The notes: a model not told the origin generated them from the sequence alone. A stretch of DNA of 64,000 nucleotides from an uncultured Alphaproteobacteria bacterium (GCA_944393685.1 CALYAW010000008.1:772-64771), one strand, 5' to 3'. Positions 20,673-32,029 are shown, counted from the first letter of the stretch. A program made the numbers and translations.

Positions 20673-21584
20673 TTAGGCATTAAAGTTAAGATTCCAAGTA
20701 TCGTATCTTGCCGCGTCTTCCTGCCAATTCTCGCGTACTTTCACAAATAAGAACAGGTGGATGCGCTCTTCCAACAATTCTTCAAGTTCTTTACGCGCCG
20801 CCTGACCAATACGTTTAATCATTGTCCCTCCTTTGCCAAGAACAATAATTTTTTGGCTATCTCGAGCAACATAAATTGTTATTTCGGCTCGAACAGAGCC
20901 ATCTTCGCGACGCTCCCACAATTCGGGCTCAACCGTCAACTCATAAGGAAGCTCTTGATGTAAAAACATAAACAACTTTTCTCTTACAATCTCGGCGCTC
21001 AGAAGTTTCAACGGCATATCAGAAATTTGATCTTCCGGATAATACCAAGGACTTTGAGGCAAATTATCAGCCAAATAATGATAAAAATCTTCTGTATTTT
21101 GTCCGGTCTGTGCCGAAATAAAAAAAGTCTCCTTAAACTCAAATTCCGCATTCAAAGCAGCACTCAAACCAAGTAGCTTCTCTTTTTGAACCAAATCAAC
21201 CTTATTTAATACCAAAACAGCTTCTAATTTTCTTTTTTTCAACCGTGCGATAATACTTCTGGTTTCATCATCAAATCCTCTCTTGGCATCCACCACCAAC
21301 ACAATAATATCAGCATCACCGACACCATCCCAAGCAGAACCGACCATTGCACGATCAAGACGCCTTTTAGGCTTAAATATCCCTGGGGTATCAATAAAAA
21401 TAATTTGGGTATTTCCTTCTATTCCTATTCCCTTAACCAAAGTACGTGTTGTTTGCACTTTGGGAGACACAATGGAAACCTTTGATCCCACAAAATTATT
21501 GGTAATGGTTGACTTCCCGGCGTTAGGCGCTCCTATCAAAGCTACAAAACCACAACGCGTCATATTTGGTTGCTGTTCAGTCAC
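20673..21584 (-). CDS. era: GTPase Era
   Basis: GAPNAGKST, QTTR, DTPG, NKVD, C-terminal KH domain. Confidence 0.97.
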   Translation of the reverse strand: MTEQQPNMTRCGFVALIGAPNAGKSTITNNFVGSKVSIVSPKVQTTRTLVKGIGIEGNTQIIFIDTPGIFKPKRRLDRAMVGSAWDGVGDADIIVLVVDAKRGFDDETRSIIARLKKRKLEAVLVLNKVDLVQKEKLLGLSAALNAEFEFKETFFISAQTGQNTEDFYHYLADNLPQSPWYYPEDQISDMPLKLLSAEIVREKLFMFLHQELPYELTVEPELWERREDGSVRAEITIYVARDSQKIIVLGKGGTMIKRIGQAARKELEELLEERIHLFLFVKVRENWQEDAARYDTWNLNFNA

Positions 21585-22237
21585 AAAATTTGCTCCAACA
21601 TTTTGGACGCAGCATCAAATTCTGCTGCTTTTTTATTACGCCCAAACCCGACAACTTCATACTTATCACCAAGGTTGACAACAATCTCAAAAATCGGTTC
21701 ATGCTCCGATCCGGAACGTTTTTTGAGCCGATACACCGGCTGTTCCAAATTTTTAACATGCGCAATTTCTTGCAACCGTGTTTTAGAATCTTTGGGCGGA
21801 GCAACATTTCGATCAATTAATTCACGCCAATGATTATTCACAAAATTTATGGCCTCTTCAACGCCGGCGTCAATATATATCGCGCCGATAACAGCTTCAC
21901 AAACATCGCACAAAACATTTTCATTCTTGCGTATATCCTCATTGGCAACAAACATAAATTTACCTAAATTCAGCATACGACCAACTTGAGCTACTGTTTC
22001 TTTACAAACCAAACCGGTAAATCGCTGAGACAAGTTCCCCTCAGGCTCGTGTGGAAAAAGCCGATACAATAAAGACGCAATAGAGACACCCAACACGCGA
22101 TCTCCAAGAAACTCCAATCTTTCATAATTATGATCAGCATGAGGATTAACGGAACTATGTGTCAATGCTTTATGCAGAAGCTCTTTGTTACGAAAATTAT
22201 ATTTTAAAATATTTTCCAAATCTTCTGAATTTTTCAT
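21581..22237 (-). CDS. rnc: Ribonuclease III
   Basis: ALTHSS, YERLEFLGDRVLG, C-terminal dsRBD. Confidence 0.96.
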   Translation of the reverse strand: MKNSEDLENILKYNFRNKELLHKALTHSSVNPHADHNYERLEFLGDRVLGVSIASLLYRLFPHEPEGNLSQRFTGLVCKETVAQVGRMLNLGKFMFVANEDIRKNENVLCDVCEAVIGAIYIDAGVEEAINFVNNHWRELIDRNVAPPKDSKTRLQEIAHVKNLEQPVYRLKKRSGSEHEPIFEIVVNLGDKYEVVGFGRNKKAAEFDAASKMLEQIL

Positions 22238-22243
22238 ATCAAA

Positions 22244-22972
22244 TTAACCTATACTTGAAAATAAGCGTGACCAACGTATCTTTTTGGGCCAAGTCCAAGG
22301 TAAATACCAAGCATCTTCATCATTATGCGAAAAGAACAAAAATCGAGCTTTTCCTTCTAAATTTTCTGCCGGCACAAAACCAACGTTCACACGACTATCA
22401 TCTGAACGATCTCTATTGTCTCCCATCATAAAATAGGTTCCTTGAGGCACTTCCAACTCAGCAAAATCATCATTCGGCTCGCTGTCTGATATTTCCAATA
22501 TATTATGCTTAACCCCGTTTGGCAAGGTCTCCTCATATTGACGATACCTTTCTGCACTTCCGTTTGCCGTACGAATAATAAAATCATCTAATCTTTTACG
22601 TTCAACAATTTTACCGTTAATATACAACCGTCCGTTCACCAATTTAATTTTATCTCCGGGTAAACCGATAACTCTTTTAATAAAATCAGTTTTGTTATCT
22701 TGCGGATACTTAAATACCACAACATCACCACGCTCTGGTTCAGAGGCCCAAATTCTTCCCTCGAACAAAGGCAAGCTCCACGGTAACGAGTGTTTTGAAT
22801 AACCATAAGTATATTTAGAGACAAACAAATAATCTCCCACATACAAAGTAGGATACATTGAACCAGAAGGGATTTTAAAAGGTTCAAACCAAACCGTACG
22901 AATTAAAATTGCAATTAATATCGCATAAAAAACCGTTTTTAGGGTATCGCCCAGACTTTCTTCTTTATCCAT
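22244..22972 (-). CDS. lepB: Signal peptidase I
   Basis: IPSGSMYPTL, FIKRVIGLPGD, MGDNRDRSDDSR; start moved to ATG 22972. Confidence 0.96.
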   Translation of the reverse strand: MDKEESLGDTLKTVFYAILIAILIRTVWFEPFKIPSGSMYPTLYVGDYLFVSKYTYGYSKHSLPWSLPLFEGRIWASEPERGDVVVFKYPQDNKTDFIKRVIGLPGDKIKLVNGRLYINGKIVERKRLDDFIIRTANGSAERYRQYEETLPNGVKHNILEISDSEPNDDFAELEVPQGTYFMMGDNRDRSDDSRVNVGFVPAENLEGKARFLFFSHNDEDAWYLPWTWPKKIRWSRLFSSIG

Positions 22973-23038
22973 CAAACTTCTCTTTTCAATTTTGCTTATA
23001 TAATGGTTGCATAATAACTGTTTTTTTTCAGATGACAA

Positions 23039-23440
23039 CTAAATTTTTTCAATAATAACAACCGCTTGCGCAAAGGGATAATCATCGCTCAAACTCAACA
23101 AGACTCTTGGCTCAGAACCCTTACACAATTTTTGTGCTCGCTCTAAAGATTTGCCATTTAAACTTACTTTAGGAGCCCCAAAAGAATCATGAAAGACAAC
23201 AATGTCTTTCCACTCCACCCCGTCACGAAAACCTGTCCCCAAAGCCTTCGCCGCAGCTTCTTTGGCTGCAAAATATTTAGCAGCTTTAGATGCTCTTAAT
23301 CGTTCTGTTTTTGCGGCACTTTCAATATCTTTTTGCTCTGAGACGGCAAAAAATCTTTCCACAAAATGCGCTCCGAAACGAGTCAATATTTTTTCAACTC
23401 TGGCAATATTAACAATATCTGCACCCAACCCGACAATCAT
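23039..23440 (-). CDS. acpS: Holo-ACP synthase
   Basis: GLGADIV, FAAKEAAAKALGTG. Confidence 0.95.
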   Translation of the reverse strand: MIVGLGADIVNIARVEKILTRFGAHFVERFFAVSEQKDIESAAKTERLRASKAAKYFAAKEAAAKALGTGFRDGVEWKDIVVFHDSFGAPKVSLNGKSLERAQKLCKGSEPRVLLSLSDDYPFAQAVVIIEKI

Positions 23441-24024
23441 AATTTTTTTTCCTTTCTGCGACGAGCTATTCTTTCCAAAGCTATTTTAAAAAGATAATAA
23501 CTCACCCCCCAAGAAATTATATAAAAAGGAATGCATCCCACCATCATCGGCCATAAGATAGGCCATATATCATGAAAGAACATCGTAAAATCAAAAGTCA
23601 TTAACGCATGCATTCCTTTTTCAAAGACCGACAAAAAATCTACTTTTGTTGAAGGCACATCTCCCGTTCCCAAGACATAACGCCCCGTATACAAAACAGA
23701 AAGCCAAATGAAGGGAAATGTCCACGGATTACCGGCTGCTGTACCCAAAGCGCTGGCCAAAATATTTCCCCTCACCAACCAAGCCGTAATTGCCGCCAAA
23801 ACAAAATGAAATCCAACAAATGGTGTAAATGAAATCGCAACTCCGCAAGCAACTCCGGCCGCAATTTCCTGAGGAGTTCCTTTTAATCGATTAAGACGCA
23901 TCAAAATATATTGACCATAGCGTTTCCACCCGCCTTCCGGCCAAATCATATTCCGCAAACGAGTAGTCAAGCTTGGTTTATTCCGACGTCGAAACAAGAT
24001 TTCATCCCCCCATTTACACACCAA
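23437..24024 (-). CDS. DUF2062 family membrane protein
   Basis: TPQEIAAGVACGVAISFTPFVGFH, GNPWTFP; position between relA and acpS; start uncertain. Confidence 0.8.
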   Translation of the reverse strand: MVCKWGDEILFRRRNKPSLTTRLRNMIWPEGGWKRYGQYILMRLNRLKGTPQEIAAGVACGVAISFTPFVGFHFVLAAITAWLVRGNILASALGTAAGNPWTFPFIWLSVLYTGRYVLGTGDVPSTKVDFLSVFEKGMHALMTFDFTMFFHDIWPILWPMMVGCIPFYIISWGVSYYLFKIALERIARRRKEKKL

Positions 24025-24033
24025 CCGCTATCA

Positions 24034-26172
24034 TCAACCGGCTCTTGAAACATAAGAAACAACTTTTGATCCGCGCAGTGCCGCGATAATATCAGTCAAA
24101 TGTTTAAGATCCTTAACCTCCACATCGACCAACAACTCAAAATAACTCACCGTCCGATTAACAATATTTAAATTACATATATTACCGTTATTGCGCGCAA
24201 TCAAGTTAGACAAATCACCAAGTGACCCAGGCTCATTGGCCAGCATCAATTTCAAGCGTCCGATATGAGGTGCATCATCCACCGCGTCTCCCCATGAAAT
24301 GTCTAGCCAGCGTTCAGGCTCATCAGCAAATTTTTCCAATAGCTTACAATCAATTGTATGAATAGCCACACCTTTTCCGGTTGTCACAATTCCCACAATT
24401 CTATCGCCCGGCAACGGATGACAACATCCTGCATAATGCACCGCCATTCCAGGAATCAAGCCTTTAATTTTCAGAGGTTCTGCTTTGGATTTGTCTTTTT
24501 TTGGCGTTCTGCTGAATGTTAATGATTTTACAACCTTGCCGAGCTTAGATTGTTTATACGCCGGATATACAGCTTTCATAACATCCCATGCGGTTACCAG
24601 TCCTTCGCCGACTTTTGCATAAATATCATCTATTGATTCCGCCTCAAAATTAGGCAAAACATTTACCAATCCTTTTTCATTAAACTCCAAATTTTCATTT
24701 TTGAATGTCCGTTCCAGCAATTGCTGCCCAAGCGTAATAAACTGATCCCGCTTATGAGCTCGCACATAACGACGAATTGCCGCTTTTGCCTTGCCTGTTA
24801 CAACAAAACGATCCCATTCTGTTGAAGGATGTTGCGCTTTTGATGTCAATATTTCAACCTGATCACCATTTTGCAACACAGTACGCAAAGGTCTTATTTC
24901 TCCGTTGATTTTAGCACCAACACATGTATCACCGACAGAAGAATGAACGGCATATGCAAAATCAACAGGCGTTGAATTAACAGGCAAACCTATTAAATCT
25001 CCTTTTGGAGTAAAACAAAACACCTGATCATTATACATTTCCAATTTGGTATTTTCTAAAAACTCTTCCGGATTAGAAGCTTGCTCCAAAATCTCAAGCA
25101 ATTCCCTAATCCATCTAAAGTTTTTACCGACGACACGTTCACCTTGTTTATAAGCCCAATGCGCCGCAACACCTTTTTCATTGACTTCGTGCATCTCATA
25201 TGTGCGAATTTGAATTTCAATACGAGTATTTTCAGGCCCGATAACGCCGGTATGAATAGATTTATACCCATTGGGTTTAGGAGTAGATATATAATCCTTA
25301 AAGCGTCTTGGCACCATATGATACTTACTATGCACCACCCCAAGAGCCTGATAACAAGATCCGACATCATCAACAATAATGCGAAAAGCCATAATATCAG
25401 ACAATTGCTCAAAAGAAGCGTTTTTCTGTTGCATTTTGCGCCAAATAGAATAAGGCGATTTTTCTCTTCCCGAAACGCTAGCTTTAATGCCATTGTCTTT
25501 CATGTCTTTTTCAAGCTGAGCAATAATCTTTGGCACTAAATCGCTGTCTTGCTCACGTAAGAAGTTTAAACGAGCTTGTATAGACTCATAAGCCTCTTTA
25601 TGCAACTCCGCAAAAGCTATTCCCTCTAATTCGGTTTTTACTTCCTGCATACCAATACGTTCTGCCAAAGGAGCATAAATATCTAAGGTTTCTTTTGCAA
25701 TACGAGCGCGCTTCTCGGGAGCGCAATAATGTAAAGTACGCATATTATGTAATCTATCAGCAAGTTTTATCAATAAAACTCTGATATCTTCAGACATAGC
25801 CAACAACAACTTACGAAAATTTTCAGCTTGTTTATTATTGGCGGATTTTTGCTCAATCATTGCCAACTTTGTCAAACCATCAACAATCTGAGCCACCTGA
25901 TCACCAAATAATTTACGGATTTCCTCTACTGTTGTATCCGTATCTTCAACCGTATCATGCAACAATCCGGCGATAATTGATGTTGAATCAAGTTTAAACT
26001 TGGTCAAAATACCGGCAACCTCGACAGGATGAGAGTAATACGGATCACCTGAGGTTCTAAGCTGTGCGCCATGCTTTTTCATTGCAAATACATAAGCACG
26101 GTTTAACGCGTCCTCGTCTGCATCAGGATCATAAGATTTAACCAAATCAACTAATTCATACTGTCTTAACAT
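24034..26172 (-). CDS. relA: Bifunctional (p)ppGpp synthetase/hydrolase (RelA/SpoT homolog)
   Basis: LLHDTVEDT, KLADRLHNMRTL, PKPNGYKSIHT, TGS and ACT domains. Confidence 0.97.
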   Translation of the reverse strand: MLRQYELVDLVKSYDPDADEDALNRAYVFAMKKHGAQLRTSGDPYYSHPVEVAGILTKFKLDSTSIIAGLLHDTVEDTDTTVEEIRKLFGDQVAQIVDGLTKLAMIEQKSANNKQAENFRKLLLAMSEDIRVLLIKLADRLHNMRTLHYCAPEKRARIAKETLDIYAPLAERIGMQEVKTELEGIAFAELHKEAYESIQARLNFLREQDSDLVPKIIAQLEKDMKDNGIKASVSGREKSPYSIWRKMQQKNASFEQLSDIMAFRIIVDDVGSCYQALGVVHSKYHMVPRRFKDYISTPKPNGYKSIHTGVIGPENTRIEIQIRTYEMHEVNEKGVAAHWAYKQGERVVGKNFRWIRELLEILEQASNPEEFLENTKLEMYNDQVFCFTPKGDLIGLPVNSTPVDFAYAVHSSVGDTCVGAKINGEIRPLRTVLQNGDQVEILTSKAQHPSTEWDRFVVTGKAKAAIRRYVRAHKRDQFITLGQQLLERTFKNENLEFNEKGLVNVLPNFEAESIDDIYAKVGEGLVTAWDVMKAVYPAYKQSKLGKVVKSLTFSRTPKKDKSKAEPLKIKGLIPGMAVHYAGCCHPLPGDRIVGIVTTGKGVAIHTIDCKLLEKFADEPERWLDISWGDAVDDAPHIGRLKLMLANEPGSLGDLSNLIARNNGNICNLNIVNRTVSYFELLVDVEVKDLKHLTDIIAALRGSKVVSYVSRAG

Positions 26173-26283
26173 AAGGCCTCGCCTGCATATTACAAAAAAA
26201 GAGTTCCAGTTATTTTAGACCTAACACATTTTTATTAAATAAGTCTAAACTTTAGGAACTCTACTTGCAATCAAACAAAAGAA

Positions 26284-26757
26284 TTATTCTTCAAAATCAT
26301 CGCCGGCATCAAAATCATCACCGCCGATTTCATTATCAAAACCTTCTCCCAAACTACCATCTAAATCAACATCATCAGCATCCAAATCAAGCGCATCATC
26401 ACCGCCATGAATCTGCATATTATCATCCAGCTCAGCATCCGGCAATAATCCTGTAAATTGCTCATCCAATTCAGCTAATTCTTTTTCGGCTGCCATAATT
26501 TCGAGTTCTTCCTCTTCAGGCTCCTCAACTTCAACAAACTTCTGCAATCCCATAACCAAAGATTTTTGAAGTTCTTCAATACTGACAGTTTCTTCGGCAA
26601 TTTCACGCAAAGCCACAACTGAATTTTTGTCGTTATCACGCAAAACAGTCAACGGAGCTCCGGCTGATATATCTTTCGCTCTTTGAGCAGCCACCATCAA
26701 CAATTCATAACGATTAGGGATTTTATCAATACAATCTTCTACTGTAACGCGAGCCAT
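26284..26757 (-). CDS. rpoZ: RNA polymerase omega subunit with long acidic tail
   Basis: MARVTVEDC…NRYEL…[14 protein letters not shown]; start moved to ATG 26757. Confidence 0.95.
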   Translation of the reverse strand: MARVTVEDCIDKIPNRYELLMVAAQRAKDISAGAPLTVLRDNDKNSVVALREIAEETVSIEELQKSLVMGLQKFVEVEEPEEEELEIMAAEKELAELDEQFTGLLPDAELDDNMQIHGGDDALDLDADDVDLDGSLGEGFDNEIGGDDFDAGDDFEE

Positions 26758-26856
26758 TTTATTCACCTTGAAAAAGTTAAAAATATATTCTGAGCATGTA
26801 TACAATATTTTTTTTTGCAAATGCAAGAAAAAAATTAAAAAAACATTATATATCAA

Positions 26857-28104
26857 TTAGTTATTTCTAGCCAAAGGAGTCTCTGCCAACTGAAAATTAT
26901 ATTTTTTCCACTTTTCTTCCAACAGACTCCGATTCTTGCGCACTTCTTGCAAATCAATCAGCGGAACCTTATACATCTCTACAAGAGCTTGCATGGTAGA
27001 ATATCGTATTGCCCTATATTTGGGACTAAGTTTATTAATTTCATCATCATAAGTACCGTTTCGATAGTTTTTCAAAGCCTGAAGCATATACCTGTTCATC
27101 AAAGAAACTCGATAAGCCTTAACAACCTTATCGCAAGTATAAGCCCATTCATGCAAAGTAAAACCTTCTTTAGCCACTCTAAAAGCCAGCTCTCTTTCTC
27201 GTCCGAGAATTTTAGCTTTAACAACTAACCTTGCACAAGGATTAACCAAATCACGTATCCCCGGGGCAATTGTTGGATCTTCAGCTGCTTCCTTTGCCAT
27301 TAGCATTGATGCCACCTGAGATATCTTATAGCGATTATCACCACTTCGATACCAATCCTCTACCGCATCAATAGTATTAGCAAAAGCTCGAACATCGGCA
27401 GAGGTCAGGACAGTATTTCTATCCGGACTAATTGTGCGCATATCACTACGTGTCACCTGTTTTTTAGCCTCTCCGCCCAACATATATTTTTCTGGACGCA
27501 CGATCGATTTTATCTTTTTATAAAAATTTTCATCATAAACAACTTTCGGGTGATAAGGTGTCATCTGTGGGATTTCTATATTTTTACGATTTTCCGGCCA
27601 CATCTCCGGCTTCAGAATATAATATAAAAACGGTGACAAAAATTCTATATTTTCGACATCTTTCAACTGAGGAGCAATTCTTTCGGGAAACTTATTTTTT
27701 GTCTCTTTAATTTTAGGAAGATTTAAGATTTTATCAGACATATTGGGAATAAGGAACAACATTGGGCCAATATAAGGATACATATCTTCCGGCATAGAAT
27801 TGATAATGGCAAGAATATCCTCTTCTTCTTCCCATTTTAAGCGTTTTTCGTTAATACCATAAGTTGCTATACGAGCATAAAAATCTTTATCAAACTCCCC
27901 CAACAGCTCCCAAACACTATGATATCGCGGATCATATAATTTATTTTCTTCATTAAAAAGTTTTTCCAATTCCGAAAAACTTGGAAAATTATCTTGCTCC
28001 AAATCTATTATAAAAGATTTTTGATAATCAGCCATTGATACGGCTCCGGCCGTTTTCACGTCCAGAGCAATCAATATAATTAATATAAATACAAATTTCC
28101 GCAT
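26857..28104 (-). CDS. Hypothetical exported protein
   Basis: Long ORF with signal peptide, translationally coupled to the upstream gene. Confidence 0.7.
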   Translation of the reverse strand: MRKFVFILIILIALDVKTAGAVSMADYQKSFIIDLEQDNFPSFSELEKLFNEENKLYDPRYHSVWELLGEFDKDFYARIATYGINEKRLKWEEEEDILAIINSMPEDMYPYIGPMLFLIPNMSDKILNLPKIKETKNKFPERIAPQLKDVENIEFLSPFLYYILKPEMWPENRKNIEIPQMTPYHPKVVYDENFYKKIKSIVRPEKYMLGGEAKKQVTRSDMRTISPDRNTVLTSADVRAFANTIDAVEDWYRSGDNRYKISQVASMLMAKEAAEDPTIAPGIRDLVNPCARLVVKAKILGRERELAFRVAKEGFTLHEWAYTCDKVVKAYRVSLMNRYMLQALKNYRNGTYDDEINKLSPKYRAIRYSTMQALVEMYKVPLIDLQEVRKNRSLLEEKWKKYNFQLAETPLARNN

Positions 28105-29528
28105 CAGTTTCTTGTCTGTCTGAGTTTATAAGTTAATGTATTCTTTCCTCCTGCAGCAACATTGATTTTCCATCTTAATTTTCCGGCTGAAACACTCTCA
28201 CTATCTAAACTCTCTTTTAATACGGTTGTGTCATTAGGAATTTTTTGCTCCCAAACAACATAAACATCAGATTTTCCGGCATTATAAAGCTGAATTTCAT
28301 ACTCGACTTCCGTCACATTTTCTGCAATTTGATTCAAATTGATAATTTTTCCGTCAGCATAAACATCATAGCTTTTTCCAATTATCAAATCTGCACTTTC
28401 GTCGACAGCTAACCTAGGCATTTGAGCAGCACCCATAAAAGAAAGCGTCCCATTTTTTTCTTTTTCATAAAAACGCACAATTCCCTCGGGCATCGGACGA
28501 CCAAGTTTTTGCTTTGTATTATTAACAATTCTGTAAATGACATTGGCATGCAAACGTTCAAATATTTTTGAATAATTATTCAAAGGAGAAAGAAATTTAT
28601 ACTGTTTTTCATAACCGACACCTTGTTCATACCATAAACTTATCTGCTTGCTTTGTTTAGCCAACAAATCCACTTTTCCGGGAATCTCATAGCTATAATA
28701 ATCTCCCATGGATTGGGCTGCAATTTCCTCTGACACAGCCTCTGTTTCAGTCATATTAACAGTATCGGCTTGTCGCAGTGCAGCCATCATCAGCGGCCGT
28801 GGAGAAGCATCTGAGGAGATATTATTTATATCACCAGATACCAAAGAAATATTAGCCATCGTAAAATCAGTTGCAGATTTATTATCAATCTCTACCCAAG
28901 ACTGCAGATTCATTTTATTTTTATCCGTAATTTCTGCAACATAATTTCCTGTCCAACTCAGTCCACCACTCAAATAACTAAGAGAAATATCTTTACTATC
29001 ATTCCCTTTGCTTGCCATTTTTGCAATTAAAGTCGGCTGAAGGCGAAGGTTTTTAGGAACATCAGGAAAGACAATTCTTCCCGGAAAATGCGGATCAATA
29101 CCATAATCAAACTGTAACATCGGATAACCAAAATCATTATTCAGCAACACAGCTTTATCAAAAAGATTTTTACTTGTCTCATGATCAATAGTTACCGCCT
29201 TAACTTCTTTCCCAACATACGCATCCAAAAGATTTTCACGATTTAGCAAATTATAAACATAATTTTTCTCTAAAACAGTTACATTTTTTCCATCGATTAA
29301 AGTCGTTTGCGGCTGTATTTTATCAGAAACACCTTCGAATGCGACAGAAGAAATACCATCTGGCAATTTAATTTTGTATTGAGATTGAACTAAAGCCATA
29401 TTTTGTTGATACACATTTAAGAACAGCCCTGCTCTATCATCAAAAGAAACCTTTATTTCCTCGGCTTGAAGAGGAGCAACAAAGACACTTAAAAGCCCAG
29501 GCAAAGTAGCAACGATATACCTATTCAT
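28104..29528 (-). CDS. DUF4139 domain exported protein
   Basis: NVYQQNMALV, LSYLSGGLSWTGNY, PMPEGIVRFY; ATG 29528 after AAGGAG. Confidence 0.8.
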   Translation of the reverse strand: MNRYIVATLPGLLSVFVAPLQAEEIKVSFDDRAGLFLNVYQQNMALVQSQYKIKLPDGISSVAFEGVSDKIQPQTTLIDGKNVTVLEKNYVYNLLNRENLLDAYVGKEVKAVTIDHETSKNLFDKAVLLNNDFGYPMLQFDYGIDPHFPGRIVFPDVPKNLRLQPTLIAKMASKGNDSKDISLSYLSGGLSWTGNYVAEITDKNKMNLQSWVEIDNKSATDFTMANISLVSGDINNISSDASPRPLMMAALRQADTVNMTETEAVSEEIAAQSMGDYYSYEIPGKVDLLAKQSKQISLWYEQGVGYEKQYKFLSPLNNYSKIFERLHANVIYRIVNNTKQKLGRPMPEGIVRFYEKEKNGTLSFMGAAQMPRLAVDESADLIIGKSYDVYADGKIINLNQIAENVTEVEYEIQLYNAGKSDVYVVWEQKIPNDTTVLKESLDSESVSAGKLRWKINVAAGGKNTLTYKLRQTRN

Positions 29529-29682
29529 ATATTTCTCCTTTGGTATTTTCCGATATCTTTTAGAGAATATAATCCAAAAAAATATAAAAAAGAAGAAATA
29601 AATCAAAATTAATCTAGACTCGGTAAAAATATTGCCCTAATATAAGCCTAGTTAAGGATTTTACATTAAGAGGAGAAAGCAT

Positions 29683-30216
29683 ATGGCATGGACGGATGAA
29701 ATGGTCGAAGATCTCAAAAGGATGTGGAAAGAAGGTCTTACCACCGGAGAAATCGGCAAAAGATTAAACGTATCTAAAAACTCTATTGTTGGCAAAGTGC
29801 ATCGTTTAGGACTTTCTGGTCGTCCATCTCCAATTAAGAAAAAGGATGAAACGACCAAAGAAACTAAAGTCACCAAAACGAAACCGACGAAAGCAGCCTC
29901 ATCCGAACCTCAATCCATAGAAAAAAAAGCTCCAATTGTTGAAAAAGAAACAAAACCTTCTAATGTACCCGCTCCTGAGAGCAAAAAAGATAAAAAAGAA
30001 ATGCCGTTTCATGCAACTCCTGTCAAAATGCCAACACAAACAAGCAACCGTCCTCACAATCTGTCACTTACAGAATTAGACAATCACACCTGTCGCTGGC
30101 CAATAGGAGACCCGAAAGACGCAAATTTTCATTTTTGCGGAAAAAAAGTACGCTTAGGGCAAACTTACTGTGAAGAACATTCTGCCATTGCTTATGTTAA
30201 ACCGGGAAAAAAATAA
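29683..30216 (+). CDS. gcrA: Cell-cycle regulator GcrA
   Basis: MAWTDEMVEDLKRMW…SKNSIVGKVHRLGL and C-terminal CRWPIGDP…FCG…YCEEH. Confidence 0.93.
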   Translation: MAWTDEMVEDLKRMWKEGLTTGEIGKRLNVSKNSIVGKVHRLGLSGRPSPIKKKDETTKETKVTKTKPTKAASSEPQSIEKKAPIVEKETKPSNVPAPESKKDKKEMPFHATPVKMPTQTSNRPHNLSLTELDNHTCRWPIGDPKDANFHFCGKKVRLGQTYCEEHSAIAYVKPGKK

Positions 30217-30227
30217 TCTTTCTTAAT

Positions 30228-30267
30228 AAAAAAGCTGTTTGCAAGATAGAGCAAACAGCTTTTTTTT
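30228..30267. terminator. Bidirectional terminator
   Basis: aaaaaagctgtttgc…gcaaacagctttttt between convergent genes. Confidence 0.7.
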
Positions 30268-30281
30268 GCAAATACATAACT

Positions 30282-30785
30282 TCAATCAACAAGGCAAAGC
30301 CCGATAAATCGTATATACCCCACATACTCACGAATATATTTACGATTAAAGCGTTCTTGTTCTTCAGAGGAACAAACGCATAAAGATTTCGGAACGAAAC
30401 CAAGATGTTGCAGTCTTTCCAGCAGGACAAGCCCTTCGTCACAAAAGTTTTTGCGACAGGCAAACTCTCGAATCAAAGTATTAACAATGTCCTGAAAGCA
30501 CGCTTCTTTTCGGATAAGTTCATCTCCATGAATTCCGACAAAACGTAGCAACAACGCCTGCGTTTTTGAACAAAGTCCGTATTTACTGATGTAAAATAAT
30601 AAAGTTTGATACTCAAGAGTATTATAATCTCTATTTGATCTACGAGAGACAAATTCTAATACCCTTTGAATAAAACATATTTCACTTTTTGGCTGAAGCC
30701 TGTGATCGTAAAGATATTCGACCACATGAAAGATGTTTGCATTTTTTACAAAATCTCTCTCTTGAGAATATTGTACTTGTTTCAT
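30282..30785 (-). CDS. Hypothetical protein
   Basis: ORF of about 167 aa with no recognised motif; start uncertain. Confidence 0.55.
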   Translation of the reverse strand: MKQVQYSQERDFVKNANIFHVVEYLYDHRLQPKSEICFIQRVLEFVSRRSNRDYNTLEYQTLLFYISKYGLCSKTQALLLRFVGIHGDELIRKEACFQDIVNTLIREFACRKNFCDEGLVLLERLQHLGFVPKSLCVCSSEEQERFNRKYIREYVGYIRFIGLCLVD

Positions 30786-30980
30786 AAAATAATATTTTGA
30801 AGTTAACAAATAAATTCAATTTTTTGTTTCAAAGTAAATCTTAAAAATACATAAGTGATGCGGAATATATTCAACAAACAAAACTTTGTCAACAGAAAGA
30901 AAAAAAGATAAACAAATTAGCAATACTCTCTGATACTCCGTCCGTGATACAAAAAACACCCTAAAAAGGGTGTTTTGAAG

Positions 30981-31054
30981 TGGAGCGGATAACGGGAATC
31001 GAACCCGCATCCTAAGCTTGGGAAGCTCACGTTCTACCATTGAACTATATCCGC
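30981..31054 (-). tRNA. tRNA-Gly(CCC)
   Basis: Reverse complement gcggatatagttcaatggtagaacgtgagcttCCCaagcttaggatgcgggttcgattcccgttatccgctcca folds as a cloverleaf with encoded CCA. Confidence 0.96.
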
Positions 31055-31108
31055 AACGCACATAGAAATAATACAAAAAAAACCGCTTGGCAAGACCTAA
31101 ATTACATA

Positions 31109-32029
31109 TCAGTCAACAACCAAAACAACACCCAGTATAATTAATACGAAACAAAAAAGTTTCTTCATCAACACCTGAGTTGATATCTTTTCATTCAACG
31201 GAATATTGTAGTATTTAAGCATATAATAGCAAAATCCCAACAAGAAAATCGGCTCTGTAGCACCAATGGAAGAGCTGACAACAGGAGATAAACCTGACAT
31301 TCCGTATACCTGAGCCACCACCTCCAAAAAACAAACAAATTCATTAATTGCAAATATTTTAAACTTATCCAAATAAGGCGGAAAATTTTTGATAATATCA
31401 CGTCGCCATTTTTGCCTGAATAAGAATACAAAAGGCATCAATCCTGAAATTAAATTTGGATAAACCACCATATTAACCCAGTTTACATCTTCAATCAGAA
31501 CATATTTTTCAACGATTGCATAGACAGCTCGTAATAAAGAAGCAAGTACCATATAGTAAAAAGCACGACTTAATTTGGGAATGCGCGTTCCTTTAATGCT
31601 CAAGGCAACGGAAGCCATAATAATAACCATAAACCCAATATATTGCGTCAAGCTCAAAACTTCTCCCAAAAACAAAAAAGACATCAAAGGGATAGTAATT
31701 TGTCCAAGAGAAAACAACGCTGCAACTATTGAACTATCAATAACTTTCAAAGCCGTATAAAACGGATACAAATACAAAACATCAATCAAAGCCAAGACGA
31801 CGTAACACAACATCGCATGCCAAGTTGGAATAGAAGGCATTCCGAACAAAAGCACTAAAGGCAAAAAGACGCAATTCATCATTGAGATATAAAAAATCAT
31901 TGTTGTCTGACGTTTAAACGTACAATTAGACAAACGGCTTTCTATTATGCAGGCGGTAGCTCCGAAAGCAGGAGCAAGAAAAGCTATCAAAACATAGAGC
32001 ATTAGGGATCCGTTCTCCGAATATCTCAA
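31109..32029 (-). CDS. DMT/EamA-like transporter
   Basis: About 10 hydrophobic helices in two repeats, FLFLGEVLS…IG; start uncertain. Confidence 0.75.
   Translation of the reverse strand: MRYSENGSLMLYVLIAFLAPAFGATACIIESRLSNCTFKRQTTMIFYISMMNCVFLPLVLLFGMPSIPTWHAMLCYVVLALIDVLYLYPFYTALKVIDSSIVAALFSLGQITIPLMSFLFLGEVLSLTQYIGFMVIIMASVALSIKGTRIPKLSRAFYYMVLASLLRAVYAIVEKYVLIEDVNWVNMVVYPNLISGLMPFVFLFRQKWRRDIIKNFPPYLDKFKIFAINEFVCFLEVVAQVYGMSGLSPVVSSSIGATEPIFLLGFCYYMLKYYNIPLNEKISTQVLMKKLFCFVLIILGVVLVVD

Noticed and set aside
30816-31076. 86-aa ORF on the minus strand
   Set aside because: It is a translation across tRNA-Gly and its terminator
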